Positions 39,768 to 50,262 of a DNA stretch of 64,000 bases are shown one piece after another. The position numbers and the translations under genes are program-made. Each line of letters starts with the position of its first letter. Position 1 is the stretch's first letter. The notes below the pieces were generated by a model that was not told where the DNA came from, ran no database searches, and saw nothing but the letters and a program-made list of their open reading frames with translations. The stretch lies in contig PBUX01000064.1 of NCBI GenBank assembly GCA_002728565.1, positions 29,529 through 93,528 of the forward strand, read 5' to 3'. The DNA comes from Methanobacteriota archaeon. Its GTDB lineage: Archaea; Thermoplasmatota; Poseidoniia; Poseidoniales; Thalassarchaeaceae.

Positions 39768-41205
39768 CTCTAGCATGGTCTGTTTTTAGTTCCGCAATTA
39801 CCTCCTCGACCCGGTCCCGGAAGGCCTCGTCGCCATCCATCCTAGATGCCACCTTTCGAATCGAATACAAAACAGTGGAGTGGTCTCGTCCTCCGTAAAG
39901 CATCCCGATACCCTGAAGCGGGGTCCCGAGTAGCTCGCGTACCACGTACATCGCTACGTGACGAGCCTCGGCTATGTTTTTAGACCGTGACTTCGAAGAG
40001 AGGGCTTCGGGGCGCACACGCCACTGACTGGCAACGAGCTGGGTGATTCGATCTGGAGAAGCAACCGGCCCTCTTTGTCTCCTCTCCAGCCTTCTGAGAG
40101 CCAGAACGCGCTTAGCAAAAGAAAGGGTTATCTCTTCGTTCCATACCGAGGAAACAGCGAGAAGCTTAAGGACCGCACCCTCTAGCTCTCTAACTGAAGA
40201 CGAACAGGCATGGGCAATGTAGTCGATGACGTCTCCGGCGAGATCTAACCCTTCGTCCTCCGCCTTGGTGCGCAGGATCGCCATGCGAGTCTCGTAATCA
40301 GGCGGGCGTAAATCCACCACGAGACCCCACTCAAACCGTGAGACTAGGCGCTGTTCCAAGCCCTCCATCTCACGAGGAGGCCTGTCGCTTGTGACCACTA
40401 TCTGGCCTTGGGCGTCGTACAGCGCGTTGAAGGTATGGAAGAACTCTTCTTGGGTGCTCTCCTTTCCCCTAAGAAAATGGATGTCGTCGACGAGCAGTAA
40501 GTCGATTTGCCGATAACGAGCGCGAAAACGATCCGTGGCGCCCTTGCGTATAGCCTGGATTAGTTCGTTGGTGAACTGCTCGGAGGATACATAGGCCACG
40601 CGCCGGCTTGGGTCGATCCTTAGCGATGCATGTCCGATGGCGTGCATGAGGTGTGTTTTGCCCAAGCCTACTCCACCGTAGAGGAATAGCGGGTTGTAGA
40701 GCTGGCCCGGGTTGTCCGCAACTGCGCGCCCGGCAGCATCCGCCAGCTGATTGTTGCCACCCACCACGAATCGGTCGAAGGTGTATCGACTAAAGAGGCC
40801 GGGGTCTGCCGGCGATGAAGATGGCGGACTAGCCGGGCTTGGTGCCGGGCGCCTGCTCACTGAGCCGCTTTGCAGGGTCGACCCCGCTTCTTTTCCAGCG
40901 AAGATGTCCGTAGATGGCTCGACGAGGACCGCCGGCAGGACGCCCCCTTCTTCGGAAGGACCGCTACTAACGGACAGGAGGACTTTGTAACCTAGGACGC
41001 TTGCTCCCGCTTCCTTGATCAGGTCTCCGTATTTGTCTTCCAGCCACTCTGCGTGGAAGGGGCTTTGCGTCTCGATCACAAGCGCGTCTGCCGAAACAGC
41101 GACACACCTAGCTCCAGCAATCCAGGTTTGGAAGGCGTGCTCCGGCACGAGCGCGCGGACTTGTTCAAGAATTGCCGTCCAGACGTCTTGTGTGGTCAGC
41201 TCCAT
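39754..41205 (-). CDS. dnaA: Chromosomal replication initiator
   Basis: YNPLFLYGGVGLGKTHL, TQEEFFHTFN, RFEWGL, GGRDHSTV. Confidence 0.99.
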   Translation of the reverse strand: MELTTQDVWTAILEQVRALVPEHAFQTWIAGARCVAVSADALVIETQSPFHAEWLEDKYGDLIKEAGASVLGYKVLLSVSSGPSEEGGVLPAVLVEPSTDIFAGKEAGSTLQSGSVSRRPAPSPASPPSSSPADPGLFSRYTFDRFVVGGNNQLADAAGRAVADNPGQLYNPLFLYGGVGLGKTHLMHAIGHASLRIDPSRRVAYVSSEQFTNELIQAIRKGATDRFRARYRQIDLLLVDDIHFLRGKESTQEEFFHTFNALYDAQGQIVVTSDRPPREMEGLEQRLVSRFEWGLVVDLRPPDYETRMAILRTKAEDEGLDLAGDVIDYIAHACSSSVRELEGAVLKLLAVSSVWNEEITLSFAKRVLALRRLERRQRGPVASPDRITQLVASQWRVRPEALSSKSRSKNIAEARHVAMYVVRELLGTPLQGIGMLYGGRDHSTVLYSIRKVASRMDGDEAFRDRVEEVIAELKTDHARVFHG

Positions 41206-41433
41206 GAAGCCTTCCTTGCGCCGATCTCATCCCTGCCGCTCGTTAGGCGGGAGGCTTCGAAGCGGGATCGGCTGAAGGGCATGTTGGGCTGTTGTTCCGG
41301 TCTTAAGAGGGGCCGCTATACAGACTGCTCAATAGCGAGGGGGGTCGAACCTACAGAGCCTTTCCATAAATGTCAAAATGCCCGAAAAGGCCCCGAATCA
41401 AAGGGGTTAGAGCTATTTAAGGGGCGATCGGCG

Positions 41434-41463
41434 TTGACCGTTTTGGGGCGCCCCGACTATCTT
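41434..41463 (+). promoter_or_regulatory. Putative rpmH promoter
   Basis: TTGACC-N18-TATCTT, 50 nt upstream of rpmH. Confidence 0.5.
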
Positions 41464-41512
41464 GGTAAGCTCGTCGATAACCGCAGTACAACCAAGGATC
41501 GGGCTGGCAGGA

Positions 41513-41662
41513 ATGAAGCCGACATACAAACCGCGCAACCGAAAGCGGGTGAACAAGCACGGGTTTCGCGCCCGCATGAAGACCGCCGGTGGCCGGAAGG
41601 CTTTAAATCGGCGCCGGAAGCGTGGGCGTACCCAGTTGGTCGTCAAGATTGGCGGCAAGTAG
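41513..41662 (+). CDS. rpmH: 50S ribosomal protein L34
   Basis: [35 protein letters not shown]. Confidence 0.97.
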   Translation: MKPTYKPRNRKRVNKHGFRARMKTAGGRKALNRRRKRGRTQLVVKIGGK

Positions 41663-42048
41663 GCTCTACGAAAGCGCTCCCGGGTAGGGCCGAGAAGTTA
41701 CCGCGAGGAACGCGGATCCACAGAGGGTCTGAAATTCGTGAGTTGCTTAAGCAGGGGCAAAGAGAGAAGAAGCCGCACGTGGAGATTTTCTTCGGGCCTT
41801 CTCCTGGCTTACACTCTCGGCTGGGGCTCATCGTTCCCAGGTACGGACACAGCGTTGTGGAGCGTAATCTCGTTAAGCGGCGGCTACGAGAAATAGGGCG
41901 CCGTTTGGCACTGCCGGTACTTGGCGAGCGAGGCGTTCCTGCGGATGTGCTCGTGCGTGCGAAGAGATCAGCGTATGGTGCGGAGTATACGGTTCTTGAG
42001 TCGGAGATCAGGACAGCGGTGGAGGCATGGTGCTCAGACAGGGTTTGA
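41659..42048 (+). CDS. rnpA: Ribonuclease P protein component (start uncertain)
   Basis: [28 protein letters not shown] (RNR motif); between rpmH and yidD. Confidence 0.9.
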   Translation, partial: VGSTKALPGRAEKLPRGTRIHRGSEIRELLKQGQREKKPHVEIFFGPSPGLHSRLGLIVPRYGHSVVERNLVKRRLREIGRRLALPVLGERGVPADVLVRAKRSAYGAEYTVLESEIRTAVEAWCSDRV

Positions 42049-42347
42049 TAGCGATGGTTCGTCTCTATCGGTTGGCAATTTCGCCTTGGACGCCTGCAGC
42101 ATGCCGCTTCTCGCCGAGTTGCTCTAGTTACGCGATAGAGGCCTTAGTTGAGCATGGTTCGTTGCGGGGGGGCTGGCTTGCATTTTTGCGGATTATGCGT
42201 TGTCACCCTTGGGGCGGCCACGGACTCGACCCGGTACCGCCGGTCAGGGTAAGAGCGAGTGACCCGGCCCGCGTAGCTCAACGCCCAGAGACAAAAAACA
42301 GATCGCAAATCTTAGAGCCACAAGCTAAACGAGCGATACGTCCATGA
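42027..42347 (+). CDS. yidD: Membrane protein insertion efficiency factor
   Basis: CRFSPSCSSYA, RCHPWGGHGLDPVP. Confidence 0.95.
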   Translation: MVLRQGLIAMVRLYRLAISPWTPAACRFSPSCSSYAIEALVEHGSLRGGWLAFLRIMRCHPWGGHGLDPVPPVRVRASDPARVAQRPETKNRSQILEPQAKRAIRP

Positions 42348-44053
42348 AGACAGAGATGCGCTTTGTTCTAGCGATAGCTTTGATGTTGGCTGTCTTGATA
42401 GGCACCAACCGGCTCTTCCCGCCGCCGCCCATGGAGGATGTAGTGGCTACGGGTCCGGTCGAGACCAGTGAGCCCCTCAGAGGCCCCGAGTCGGGAGGGT
42501 TGCCACCCTCGTCACAAGCGAGTGATAGCCAGCCTTCAGGGGTCCCTGGCGCTGACCAAGCGGAAGAAGACGCAAGCTTGCCGGTCCAGAATGTTGTCGT
42601 CGAGGGGCCGTTGTACCGCTACATCTTCACTAGTCGCGGTGCGCAACTGGTTTCAGCGGAGCTGTTGGACTTCCAGGCCATTAACAGAGGCGGGCCGGTT
42701 CAGGTAGTCCCGGATGGAGCGTCTGGCTACTTGGGTAGCAAGGTGGTTGTGGAGCAGGACACGCTTGATCTGACCGATGCAGTGTTCCGTGTAGAGCCTG
42801 CTGGCGGTCTTAATTTAACTGCGGAGGGTGGGGCGAAGCCTCTGGCTTTTGTCTACGATCACCCGAGCGGCAACTTCACATACCGGGTCAGCTACACATT
42901 CGATCCCGACGATTACACCATCGGTATTAGTGGCTCTATGGATGGAGTGACTCGGGCGCTTCTGGTCACGGACCTTGGCGAGGGCTTGGCATATGCCGAA
43001 GCTGACTCGGCGCTCGAGCAGCGATCGATGGCCTACGTGTACAACCACCTCCAGGATGGCATTCGGTCTACCATGCTCGACAAGGCCGATCCGGAGATTA
43101 TAGAAGGGCCGCTCGTCTGGGCTGCCTTTCGGAGCAAGTTTTTTGTTGCGGCAATTCTGTCGGGTGCGAGGGACGATTTGGTAGAGGACACCGGATACCT
43201 GGGAGGCTTGCTAGTGCGCCCGGCAGACCTGCCCGAGAGGGTCCGTGTTGGGGTGGCTCGAACGGTGTCAGGTGGGGAGGAGTATGCTTACCGCTTGTTC
43301 ATCGGACCGCAGCAGTATGCTCTGCTGTCGTCGCTTGGTGACGGAATGGAAGAGGTTAACCCGTACGGGTGGCGCTTTTTTAGGCCAATAATTCGGCCGT
43401 TCGTGTCCATTATCATGACAGTTCTGACCTATTTGCACACCCAGTTCAGTATGGGATACGGCTGGGTCTTGATTGTCTTCGGTGTGATGATGCGAGTAGT
43501 GCTATTCCCGCTTAACCATAAAGCAATGAAGGCACAGCTGCGGAACATGGCGGTCCAGCCTTTAGTTAAGCAGATCCAGGACAAACACAAGGACAATCCG
43601 GAGAAGCTTCAGAAAGAAATGATGAAGCTTTACAAGGAGCACGGCTTTAACCCGCTGGCCGGTTGTCTCCCAATGTTGCTGCCTTGGCCGGTGCTGATCG
43701 CTCTATTCTTCGTTTTTCAAAACACAATCGAATTACGCGGGGTCCCGTTTCTCTGGCTCCCAGATCTCTCGGCGAAGGATCCGTTCTATGTCCTTCCTGT
43801 CTTGCTTGCGGTCTCAATGTTCCTGATGCAGTGGATTAGTCTTCGATCGCTCGATACCGACAACCCGCAGATGAAAATGATGATGTACATCATGCCGCCA
43901 ATGATGCTTTTCATCTTCATGAATTTGGCAAGCGGGTTGAACCTTTACTACGCCACAGCAAACATCGCGACCCTGCCGCAGCAAATCTGGATTGCTCGCG
44001 AACGTAAACGGATGCGCCAAGGGCCAGCGCTTACGCTAAGCGATGGCGACTAA
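42344..44053 (+). CDS. yidC: Membrane protein insertase
   Basis: GFNPLAGCLPML, IELRG.PFLWLPDLS, GLNLYY. Confidence 0.97.
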   Translation: MKTEMRFVLAIALMLAVLIGTNRLFPPPPMEDVVATGPVETSEPLRGPESGGLPPSSQASDSQPSGVPGADQAEEDASLPVQNVVVEGPLYRYIFTSRGAQLVSAELLDFQAINRGGPVQVVPDGASGYLGSKVVVEQDTLDLTDAVFRVEPAGGLNLTAEGGAKPLAFVYDHPSGNFTYRVSYTFDPDDYTIGISGSMDGVTRALLVTDLGEGLAYAEADSALEQRSMAYVYNHLQDGIRSTMLDKADPEIIEGPLVWAAFRSKFFVAAILSGARDDLVEDTGYLGGLLVRPADLPERVRVGVARTVSGGEEYAYRLFIGPQQYALLSSLGDGMEEVNPYGWRFFRPIIRPFVSIIMTVLTYLHTQFSMGYGWVLIVFGVMMRVVLFPLNHKAMKAQLRNMAVQPLVKQIQDKHKDNPEKLQKEMMKLYKEHGFNPLAGCLPMLLPWPVLIALFFVFQNTIELRGVPFLWLPDLSAKDPFYVLPVLLAVSMFLMQWISLRSLDTDNPQMKMMMYIMPPMMLFIFMNLASGLNLYYATANIATLPQQIWIARERKRMRQGPALTLSDGD

Positions 44054-44079
44054 GCTGCGCACGCGGACTTTGTGCTGAG

Positions 44080-45450
44080 GTGACCATGGACGTCGACACG
44101 ATAGTGTCGCTGTCGACACCACCCGGGGTGGGTGCCTTAGCGGTAGTTAGGCTAAGCGGCCCGGGTGCAGTAGATGTGCTTAGAGCACTTTTGGTGAAAA
44201 CTGCCCCCATGCCGAGTGTTAGAGAACCTTCGTTGCGGCGCCTAACCGATCCTGACACGGGCGAAGTGATAGATGAGGTTGTCGTTACCCGCTTTCAGGC
44301 TCCAGGGAGTTACACAGGAGAGGATATGGTGGAGCTCTCGTGCCACGGGGGGTGGTTGGTCCCAGAGCTTGTTGTAGAGGCATGTCAACGGAGTGGGGCT
44401 AGGATAGCCGACCGGGGTGAGTTTACCCGAAGGGCCTACCTGCACGGGAAGCTGGATTTGATACAAGCAGAGGCTGTGGCAGATGTAGTCAACGCGCGAA
44501 GCAGGGCTTTGCACCGAGCTGCGTTGGTCCAGATGGAGCGCGGTCTTTCGAGGAGGGTGTCTGATCTGCGTGAGCGGCTGCTTCGACTCGAGGGGTTGTT
44601 GGCTCATCATGTTGATTTCCCCGAGGAGGACGAGCCCCCCGTCCCGATTACAGCTGTCGCAGATCAAGCGGCTCGGATGGTTGCCGACCTCGAACTCATG
44701 TTGGCAACCGCTCCGGAGGGCGAGCTACTTAGGGAGGGAGCGCTCACGGTTTTTGCAGGGCGCCCTAACGTGGGTAAATCGTCTCTATACAACGCATTGT
44801 TGGGAGAAGAGCGGGCGATCGTCAGCGAAGAGGCTGGCACAACCCGGGACGCCATTGAGGCCGTGGTTCAGATTGGAGGGTTTCCTTTTCGGCTTGTGGA
44901 TACGGCGGGACTAAGGGAGCCAGCGGGAAATATAGAGCAGAAGGGTATCGAAATCGCACGAGGCTATCTGGGTCGAGCAGATGTAGTCCTCTACTGTGTC
45001 TCCGCGGATGAAGGCCCGATGGAAGAAGACCGAGCGTTCCTCGAGGCGCATGATGGGGCGCCAGTCGTGCTGGTGAATACCAAGGCCGACATTGCAAAAA
45101 CCCAGAAACATTGGGATCCAGAGGGGACAGCTGCGCGAGTCCAGGTGTCTGTGGAGAGTGGGGCCGGCCTAGAGGAGATCCGTCAGGTGCTGCCGCAGCT
45201 TGTTTATTCAAGCATTGTAACGGCGGAGCAAGGTGTGCCTGTGCTCACGCGCGGTCGACAAGCACGAGGGTTAAGGGCTGCGAAAGTGGAGGTTGAAGCG
45301 TTCAGCGAGGCTCTTGACCAAGGGCTGCCGGCAGAAGTGGCCTCTACGCACCTGCGGGCTGCAGAGACTGCGCTAGAAGAGTTGTTAGGCGCCGTGTCAG
45401 CAGATGATGTGCTCGACGTAGTGTTCCGGGAGTTCTGCATAGGGAAGTGA
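44080..45450 (+). CDS. mnmE: tRNA modification GTPase
   Basis: SYTGED, GRPNVGKSS, DTAG, FCIGK C-terminus. Confidence 0.97.
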   Translation: MTMDVDTIVSLSTPPGVGALAVVRLSGPGAVDVLRALLVKTAPMPSVREPSLRRLTDPDTGEVIDEVVVTRFQAPGSYTGEDMVELSCHGGWLVPELVVEACQRSGARIADRGEFTRRAYLHGKLDLIQAEAVADVVNARSRALHRAALVQMERGLSRRVSDLRERLLRLEGLLAHHVDFPEEDEPPVPITAVADQAARMVADLELMLATAPEGELLREGALTVFAGRPNVGKSSLYNALLGEERAIVSEEAGTTRDAIEAVVQIGGFPFRLVDTAGLREPAGNIEQKGIEIARGYLGRADVVLYCVSADEGPMEEDRAFLEAHDGAPVVLVNTKADIAKTQKHWDPEGTAARVQVSVESGAGLEEIRQVLPQLVYSSIVTAEQGVPVLTRGRQARGLRAAKVEVEAFSEALDQGLPAEVASTHLRAAETALEELLGAVSADDVLDVVFREFCIGK

Positions 45451-45576
45451 TGCAACGGGTAGGAAAGGCGACTGAAGGAGCTTTGCGGGTCGCCATCTCA
45501 AGCTACTTTGCCGAGATTTGGCGTGCATTCGATCTACCGGTAGCAATGTCAGTTTCCCCCGACCTTTTTTCCGTGC

Positions 45577-47451
45577 ATGCGCAATTCCTATGAAGTCATT
45601 GTCGTAGGGGGAGGGCACGCCGGTGTAGAAGCCGCAGCGGCGTCAGCTAGAGCTGGTGCTCGGACACTTCTGGTTTCCCCTGATCTGTCTAGGGTTGGGC
45701 AGATGAGTTGCAACCCTGCGATTGGCGGGGTCGCGAAAGGGGTTGTCGCGCGCGAGGTCGATGCCCTTGGAGGGGTCATGGGTCAGGCGACTGACGCCTC
45801 GCGCATTCAGTTTCGCATGCTGAATCGCTCTAAGGGGCCAGCTGTCTGGGGCCCTCGAGCCCAGTGTGATCGGTCAATGTATCCAGTGGCTGTGCGTAGG
45901 GTGCTTGATGGCCTGCCAATGCTAGATCTCTTCCAGGACATGGTCGCAGACTTGCTGGTTGACTCGGGACGTGTTGTTGGAGTCCGGACCAAGGGAGGCT
46001 TGGAGTTCACGGGCTCTTGCCTTGTTATTACTACAGGCACCTTCCTGCGAGGGCGTATCCATGTGGGGGGGACGGCTGGCGTCGAGGCCGGAAGAGCGGG
46101 TGAGGCCCCCTCGGTTGAGTTGGCGAAGGGTCTAGAGGATCTCGGGCTTGAGGTGAGGCGCTTCAAGACGGGCACGCCACCGCGTGTCGACGGGCGGTCC
46201 GTCGACTTTACGAAGACCGAGCGGCAAGATGGAGATGATATACCGTACCGGTTCGCAGCTTATGCGCAGGAGATAGTGCCCGCTCAGGTTCCGTGTTGGA
46301 TCACGTATTCCGGCAACGGATTGAAGGATGTTGTTCTCCGAAACCTTGAGAGAAGCGCGCTTTACGGTGGGGAGATAGCAGGCCGTGGCCCGCGCTACTG
46401 CCCCTCAATAGAGGACAAGGTGGTTCGCTTTCCGGAGGCACCGAGGCACCAAGTGTTTCTGGAGCCGGAGGGGCTGAGCACGACAGAGCTATACGTAAAC
46501 GGCCTCTCTACTTCTCTCCCGGCTGAGGTTCAGCTTGAGTTTTTGCGCACGATTCCTGGCCTTGAAGATGCGAACATGACCAAGGTGGGATACGCGATCG
46601 AGTACGATTACTTTCCTCCCCACCAGCTGAGCCACACGCTAGAGTTGAAGACTCACCCGGGGTTGTTTCTGGCCGGTCAGATAAACGGCACAACAGGTTA
46701 CGAAGAGGCAGCAGGACAGGGCGTTATTGCCGGGATCAATGCCGCACTGAGCGTGAGGGGGGAGAAGCCTTTTGTACTAGAGCGAGACGAGGCTTACATC
46801 GGGGTCTTGGTCGATGATCTCGTAACCCGGGGAGTCGATGAGCCATACAGGCTATTCACTTCTCGCGCTGAGTTTAGGCTCCTGCTCCGGCAGGACAATG
46901 CAGCGCGCCGTATCGGTATGCTGGCTCGGGACAGGGGCCTGCTCACAAGCGATCAGGCCGACGCGCTGGGCTTGCGGCTTAAAGAAGAAGATCGAGTTAT
47001 GGCCTGGTTCGGGGCCACGTCGGTTACCCCAGAAGAAGCATCAGGGATTCTGGATGAAGCCGGGTCGAGCCCGATCCAGCAGAAGGTTCGCGCGCTAGAG
47101 CTGTTGAAGAGGCCAGGAGTGAGTGCGCGTTCACTGGTGTCTTTGGCTGAGGAGCCCCCCAAGGGCGATCTTGCAGATGAAGTTTTAGCCGCCGTCGAGG
47201 TAGAGCTAAAATACGCCGGCTATGTAAAAAGAGAACGCGAAAGAGCTAAGCGATTACGAGATCAGGCTGGTTTTCTGTTAAGCAAGGACCTCCCGTATAT
47301 GGATTTCGTTACGGTCTCGTGGGAAGCGAGAGAGAAGCTTAGCGAGACCAAGCCTAGCTCGTTGGCACAAGCCGGCCGGATTCCGGGAGTCTCGCCCGCC
47401 GACCTTCAGAATCTCGTGCTCGAGGTGAGAAGGCTTCGTTCTAGCCCCTAA
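45577..47451 (+). CDS. mnmG: tRNA uridine-5-carboxymethylaminomethyl modification enzyme
   Basis: [39 protein letters not shown]. Confidence 0.98.
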   Translation: MRNSYEVIVVGGGHAGVEAAAASARAGARTLLVSPDLSRVGQMSCNPAIGGVAKGVVAREVDALGGVMGQATDASRIQFRMLNRSKGPAVWGPRAQCDRSMYPVAVRRVLDGLPMLDLFQDMVADLLVDSGRVVGVRTKGGLEFTGSCLVITTGTFLRGRIHVGGTAGVEAGRAGEAPSVELAKGLEDLGLEVRRFKTGTPPRVDGRSVDFTKTERQDGDDIPYRFAAYAQEIVPAQVPCWITYSGNGLKDVVLRNLERSALYGGEIAGRGPRYCPSIEDKVVRFPEAPRHQVFLEPEGLSTTELYVNGLSTSLPAEVQLEFLRTIPGLEDANMTKVGYAIEYDYFPPHQLSHTLELKTHPGLFLAGQINGTTGYEEAAGQGVIAGINAALSVRGEKPFVLERDEAYIGVLVDDLVTRGVDEPYRLFTSRAEFRLLLRQDNAARRIGMLARDRGLLTSDQADALGLRLKEEDRVMAWFGATSVTPEEASGILDEAGSSPIQQKVRALELLKRPGVSARSLVSLAEEPPKGDLADEVLAAVEVELKYAGYVKRERERAKRLRDQAGFLLSKDLPYMDFVTVSWEAREKLSETKPSSLAQAGRIPGVSPADLQNLVLEVRRLRSSP

Positions 47452-47479
47452 GGAGGAGGGGTTAGGGCGCCAGCCTGCC

Positions 47480-47495
47480 TGTTTCACGTGAAACA
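47480..47495. promoter_or_regulatory. parS: parS centromere site
   Basis: Perfect palindrome TGTTTCACGTGAAACA upstream of parA. Confidence 0.95.
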
Positions 47496-47676
47496 AGGCG
47501 TCTCGGGGCCGCTTAACAGGCTGGGCCACTTGTTTTCGGAGGCTTTTGTCTTTCCTGCTAGCAGTTTTCCGGCTCAGGCGCGCAGCTGCCTTCTTAATAA
47601 GCCCTCCTAGCAGGTTTCGTGCCCCCCTGTATGTCCCTTATATTGCGCCCCCTCGATAACCCTCAATGTGGCCTTA

Positions 47677-48462
47677 ATGACATACGTCATAGCGATAGCG
47701 AACCAGAAGGGCGGAGTGGGCAAGACGACCACGGCTATCAATCTCGGAGCGTCGCTTGCTGTAGCCGAAAAGAGGACGTTGATCCTCGATATTGACCCTC
47801 AGGGTAATGCGACAAGCGGGTTGGGTATTCAGCAGGGGCAGGATCACCCTAGTGTTTACGACGTTTTGATAGGGCATGCACCCTTAGCCGACGCGATTCA
47901 TCAGGGGGTTCACCTAGAGCACCTGGACGTGGCTGCGTCGACTCGTGATTTAGTAGGGGCTGAGATCGAGCTGGTGTCGGCGGCTAGCCGAGAGACGATC
48001 CTGAGGCGCGCGGTTGAGACAGTAAAGGATCGCTATGACTTCATACTCGTTGACTGTCCGCCTTCATTGGGGCTTCTGACGCTGAATACCCTTACAGCAT
48101 CGGATTCTGTTCTCATCCCTATTCAGTGCGAGTTCTTTGCCCTTGAGGGCTTGAGCCAGCTTCTTAGCACGATTCGGCTGGTCCAAAGAGGGCTTAACCC
48201 GGAGCTTGATGTGGAGGGAGTTCTTCTAACGATGTATGACAAAAGGTTAAATCTGTCCCGCCAGGTTAGCGCGGAGGCACGGGAATATTTTGGCCCAAAG
48301 GTGTACCGGGTTACGATCCCAAGAAACGTCAGGCTAGCGGAAGCCCCGAGCTTCGGTCAGCCAATAGTGCAATACGACGTCCTTTCTCGGGGGGCCCAGG
48401 CATACCTCGCGCTGGCGAGTGAGGTGATTGATCGCCGGATGAAGTTGGAGGTGACAGAATGA
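47677..48462 (+). CDS. parA: Chromosome partitioning ATPase (Soj)
   Basis: NQKGGVGKTTT, DPQGNA, DCPPSLG, LAEAPSFG. Confidence 0.96.
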   Translation: MTYVIAIANQKGGVGKTTTAINLGASLAVAEKRTLILDIDPQGNATSGLGIQQGQDHPSVYDVLIGHAPLADAIHQGVHLEHLDVAASTRDLVGAEIELVSAASRETILRRAVETVKDRYDFILVDCPPSLGLLTLNTLTASDSVLIPIQCEFFALEGLSQLLSTIRLVQRGLNPELDVEGVLLTMYDKRLNLSRQVSAEAREYFGPKVYRVTIPRNVRLAEAPSFGQPIVQYDVLSRGAQAYLALASEVIDRRMKLEVTE

Positions 48463-49355
48463 CAGAGGTGTCAAATATGGGTCGTGACCGGCTCGGAAAA
48501 GGGCTCGGGGCTCTCTTGGGGGAATATTTGGAGCCCGAGGCAACGGAAAGTGATGTGCAAAAGCTTTCTTTGGAGTCGATTGTGCCGAACCCGGTACAGC
48601 CCCGAAGGGTTTTCACGGAAGCCGAGCTCGGTGGCCTAACGTCGTCCATCCGGGAAAACGGCCTGCTCCAGCCGCTAGTAGTTAGGCCTGCACCGGGGAT
48701 TGAAGGGCGTTTTGAGATTGTTGCGGGTGAGCGCCGGTTTCGAGCACTGAAGCGCCTCTCATGGACGGAAGTCCCTGCTATTGTGCGCGAAGCCGATGAC
48801 GAGACACTACTTGTGCTCGCTCTTGTAGAGAACCTGCAGCGGGAAGCACTAAACCCCTTGGAGGAGGCGGAGGGTTACGAGTCTCTGGCTCAGCGCTTTG
48901 ATATGAAGCACGCTGAGATTGCCAAGGCGGTGGGCAAGGACCGATCGACGGTTGCCAACTTGGTTCGGCTTCTGAGGCTCCCCATATCTGTTCGGAAGCT
49001 TGTGGAATCCGGGGCACTCACCCAGGGGCATGCTAGGGCGTTGCTTTCGGTCGATGACCCTGTAATTGCTGGAACGCTGGCTCGTGAGGCCGCGAAGGAG
49101 GGGTGGTCCGTTAGGGAGATGGAGCGCCGGGTCGCAGGGGCGTCGCGGGGGAGGCGCAAACGCAAGCCGCGGGAGAAAGATGCGGTCACCAGGGCCTTAG
49201 AGGATGCGCTCCGAGGCTACCTCGGCACTCGCGTTGAAGTGAAGCCCGCGCGCTCAGGGAAGGGCTCAATTGAAATTCAATACCATGGCCCCAAAGACTT
49301 CGAGCGTCTTTTTGAGCAGATGACGGGCCTAAGCGTAGGCGACGTCATCGAGTGA
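48459..49355 (+). CDS. parB: Chromosome partitioning protein (Spo0J)
   Basis: LGKGLGAL, NPVQPR, AGERRFRA, ENLQRE.LN. Confidence 0.96.
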   Translation: MTEVSNMGRDRLGKGLGALLGEYLEPEATESDVQKLSLESIVPNPVQPRRVFTEAELGGLTSSIRENGLLQPLVVRPAPGIEGRFEIVAGERRFRALKRLSWTEVPAIVREADDETLLVLALVENLQREALNPLEEAEGYESLAQRFDMKHAEIAKAVGKDRSTVANLVRLLRLPISVRKLVESGALTQGHARALLSVDDPVIAGTLAREAAKEGWSVREMERRVAGASRGRRKRKPREKDAVTRALEDALRGYLGTRVEVKPARSGKGSIEIQYHGPKDFERLFEQMTGLSVGDVIE

Positions 49356-50137
49356 TGTCTGGGAAAGACGAGGGGCGACTAAACATCGTCCTCATCCCGT
49401 CGGGCGATCGAGAGACGCGTAGCTTCAGCACCTCTTATCGAGCCTTGCGGGCGTTTGGGCTGGTGGTTGCCTTGGCGGCCATGGGTGTGTCTCTGATAAT
49501 CTTCACTTGGTGGCCGCTTGCCGTTCGGTCAGCCCGAGCTTCTGAGCTCGAGCAAGAGCTGGTTCGCATGGGCAGGGATCTTGAGAGAGTCGAGGATCTT
49601 GTTCAGCAACTTGGGCAGATGGAGGCGCAGTATCTTCAGCTTCGGGATATGTTTGGGTCAGGTGACGCGGGCGTCGGAGCGCCCCGGGGCTTATTCCCTC
49701 CTTTAGCGGAACCTAGCCCCGACGCCCAGTCTGGTGGGGGGGCTGTCCGGGGCTCTCCCCCTTCTTTCTGGCCTCTTTCAGAGCGCGGTTTCGTGACCCA
49801 GGGCCTTCACTCTGGTGCAGCCGAGGGCCATCCCGGCCTAGACATTGCTGTCCCTTCAGGCTCCTACATATGGTCAGCAGGGGACGGAGTTGTAGTTGAG
49901 GTTGGGGAGGATGCCGTTTACGGCCGATTTGTTGTCATAGACCATGGCTCCGAAGTCAGGACCCTTTACGGGCATACGTCCGAGACCTTCGTGGAGCGCG
50001 GGGAGGAGGTGCACGCCCGCCAAGTTGTTGCGCTCAGTGGCTCTACTGGGCGTTCTAGCGCGCCCCACCTGCATTTCGAGGTGATTGTGGAAGGGAAGCC
50101 GGTTGACCCCCTTGGGTTCGTTGAGCAGCCCGGCTAG
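49352..50137 (+). CDS. Membrane-anchored M23 metallopeptidase with coiled coil
   Basis: HPGLD, YGH, PHLHFE. Confidence 0.92.
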   Translation: MMSGKDEGRLNIVLIPSGDRETRSFSTSYRALRAFGLVVALAAMGVSLIIFTWWPLAVRSARASELEQELVRMGRDLERVEDLVQQLGQMEAQYLQLRDMFGSGDAGVGAPRGLFPPLAEPSPDAQSGGGAVRGSPPSFWPLSERGFVTQGLHSGAAEGHPGLDIAVPSGSYIWSAGDGVVVEVGEDAVYGRFVVIDHGSEVRTLYGHTSETFVERGEEVHARQVVALSGSTGRSSAPHLHFEVIVEGKPVDPLGFVEQPG

Positions 50138-50262
50138 GCCAGTGGGTCGCCTTTCCCCTTCTTGTTTTGGGTGCCTGTCAGTGTTGGTCGTCACTGTGGT
50201 GCTAACGCCCTTTGTGGGGGTAGATTTAACCACACGAATCATTAAATGAGGCGATAGACCGA

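Noticed and set aside
41053-41512. 331-aa ORF as a full-length protein
   Set aside because: The 5' part overlaps dnaA antisense and the promoter region; only the 3' part is RnpA.
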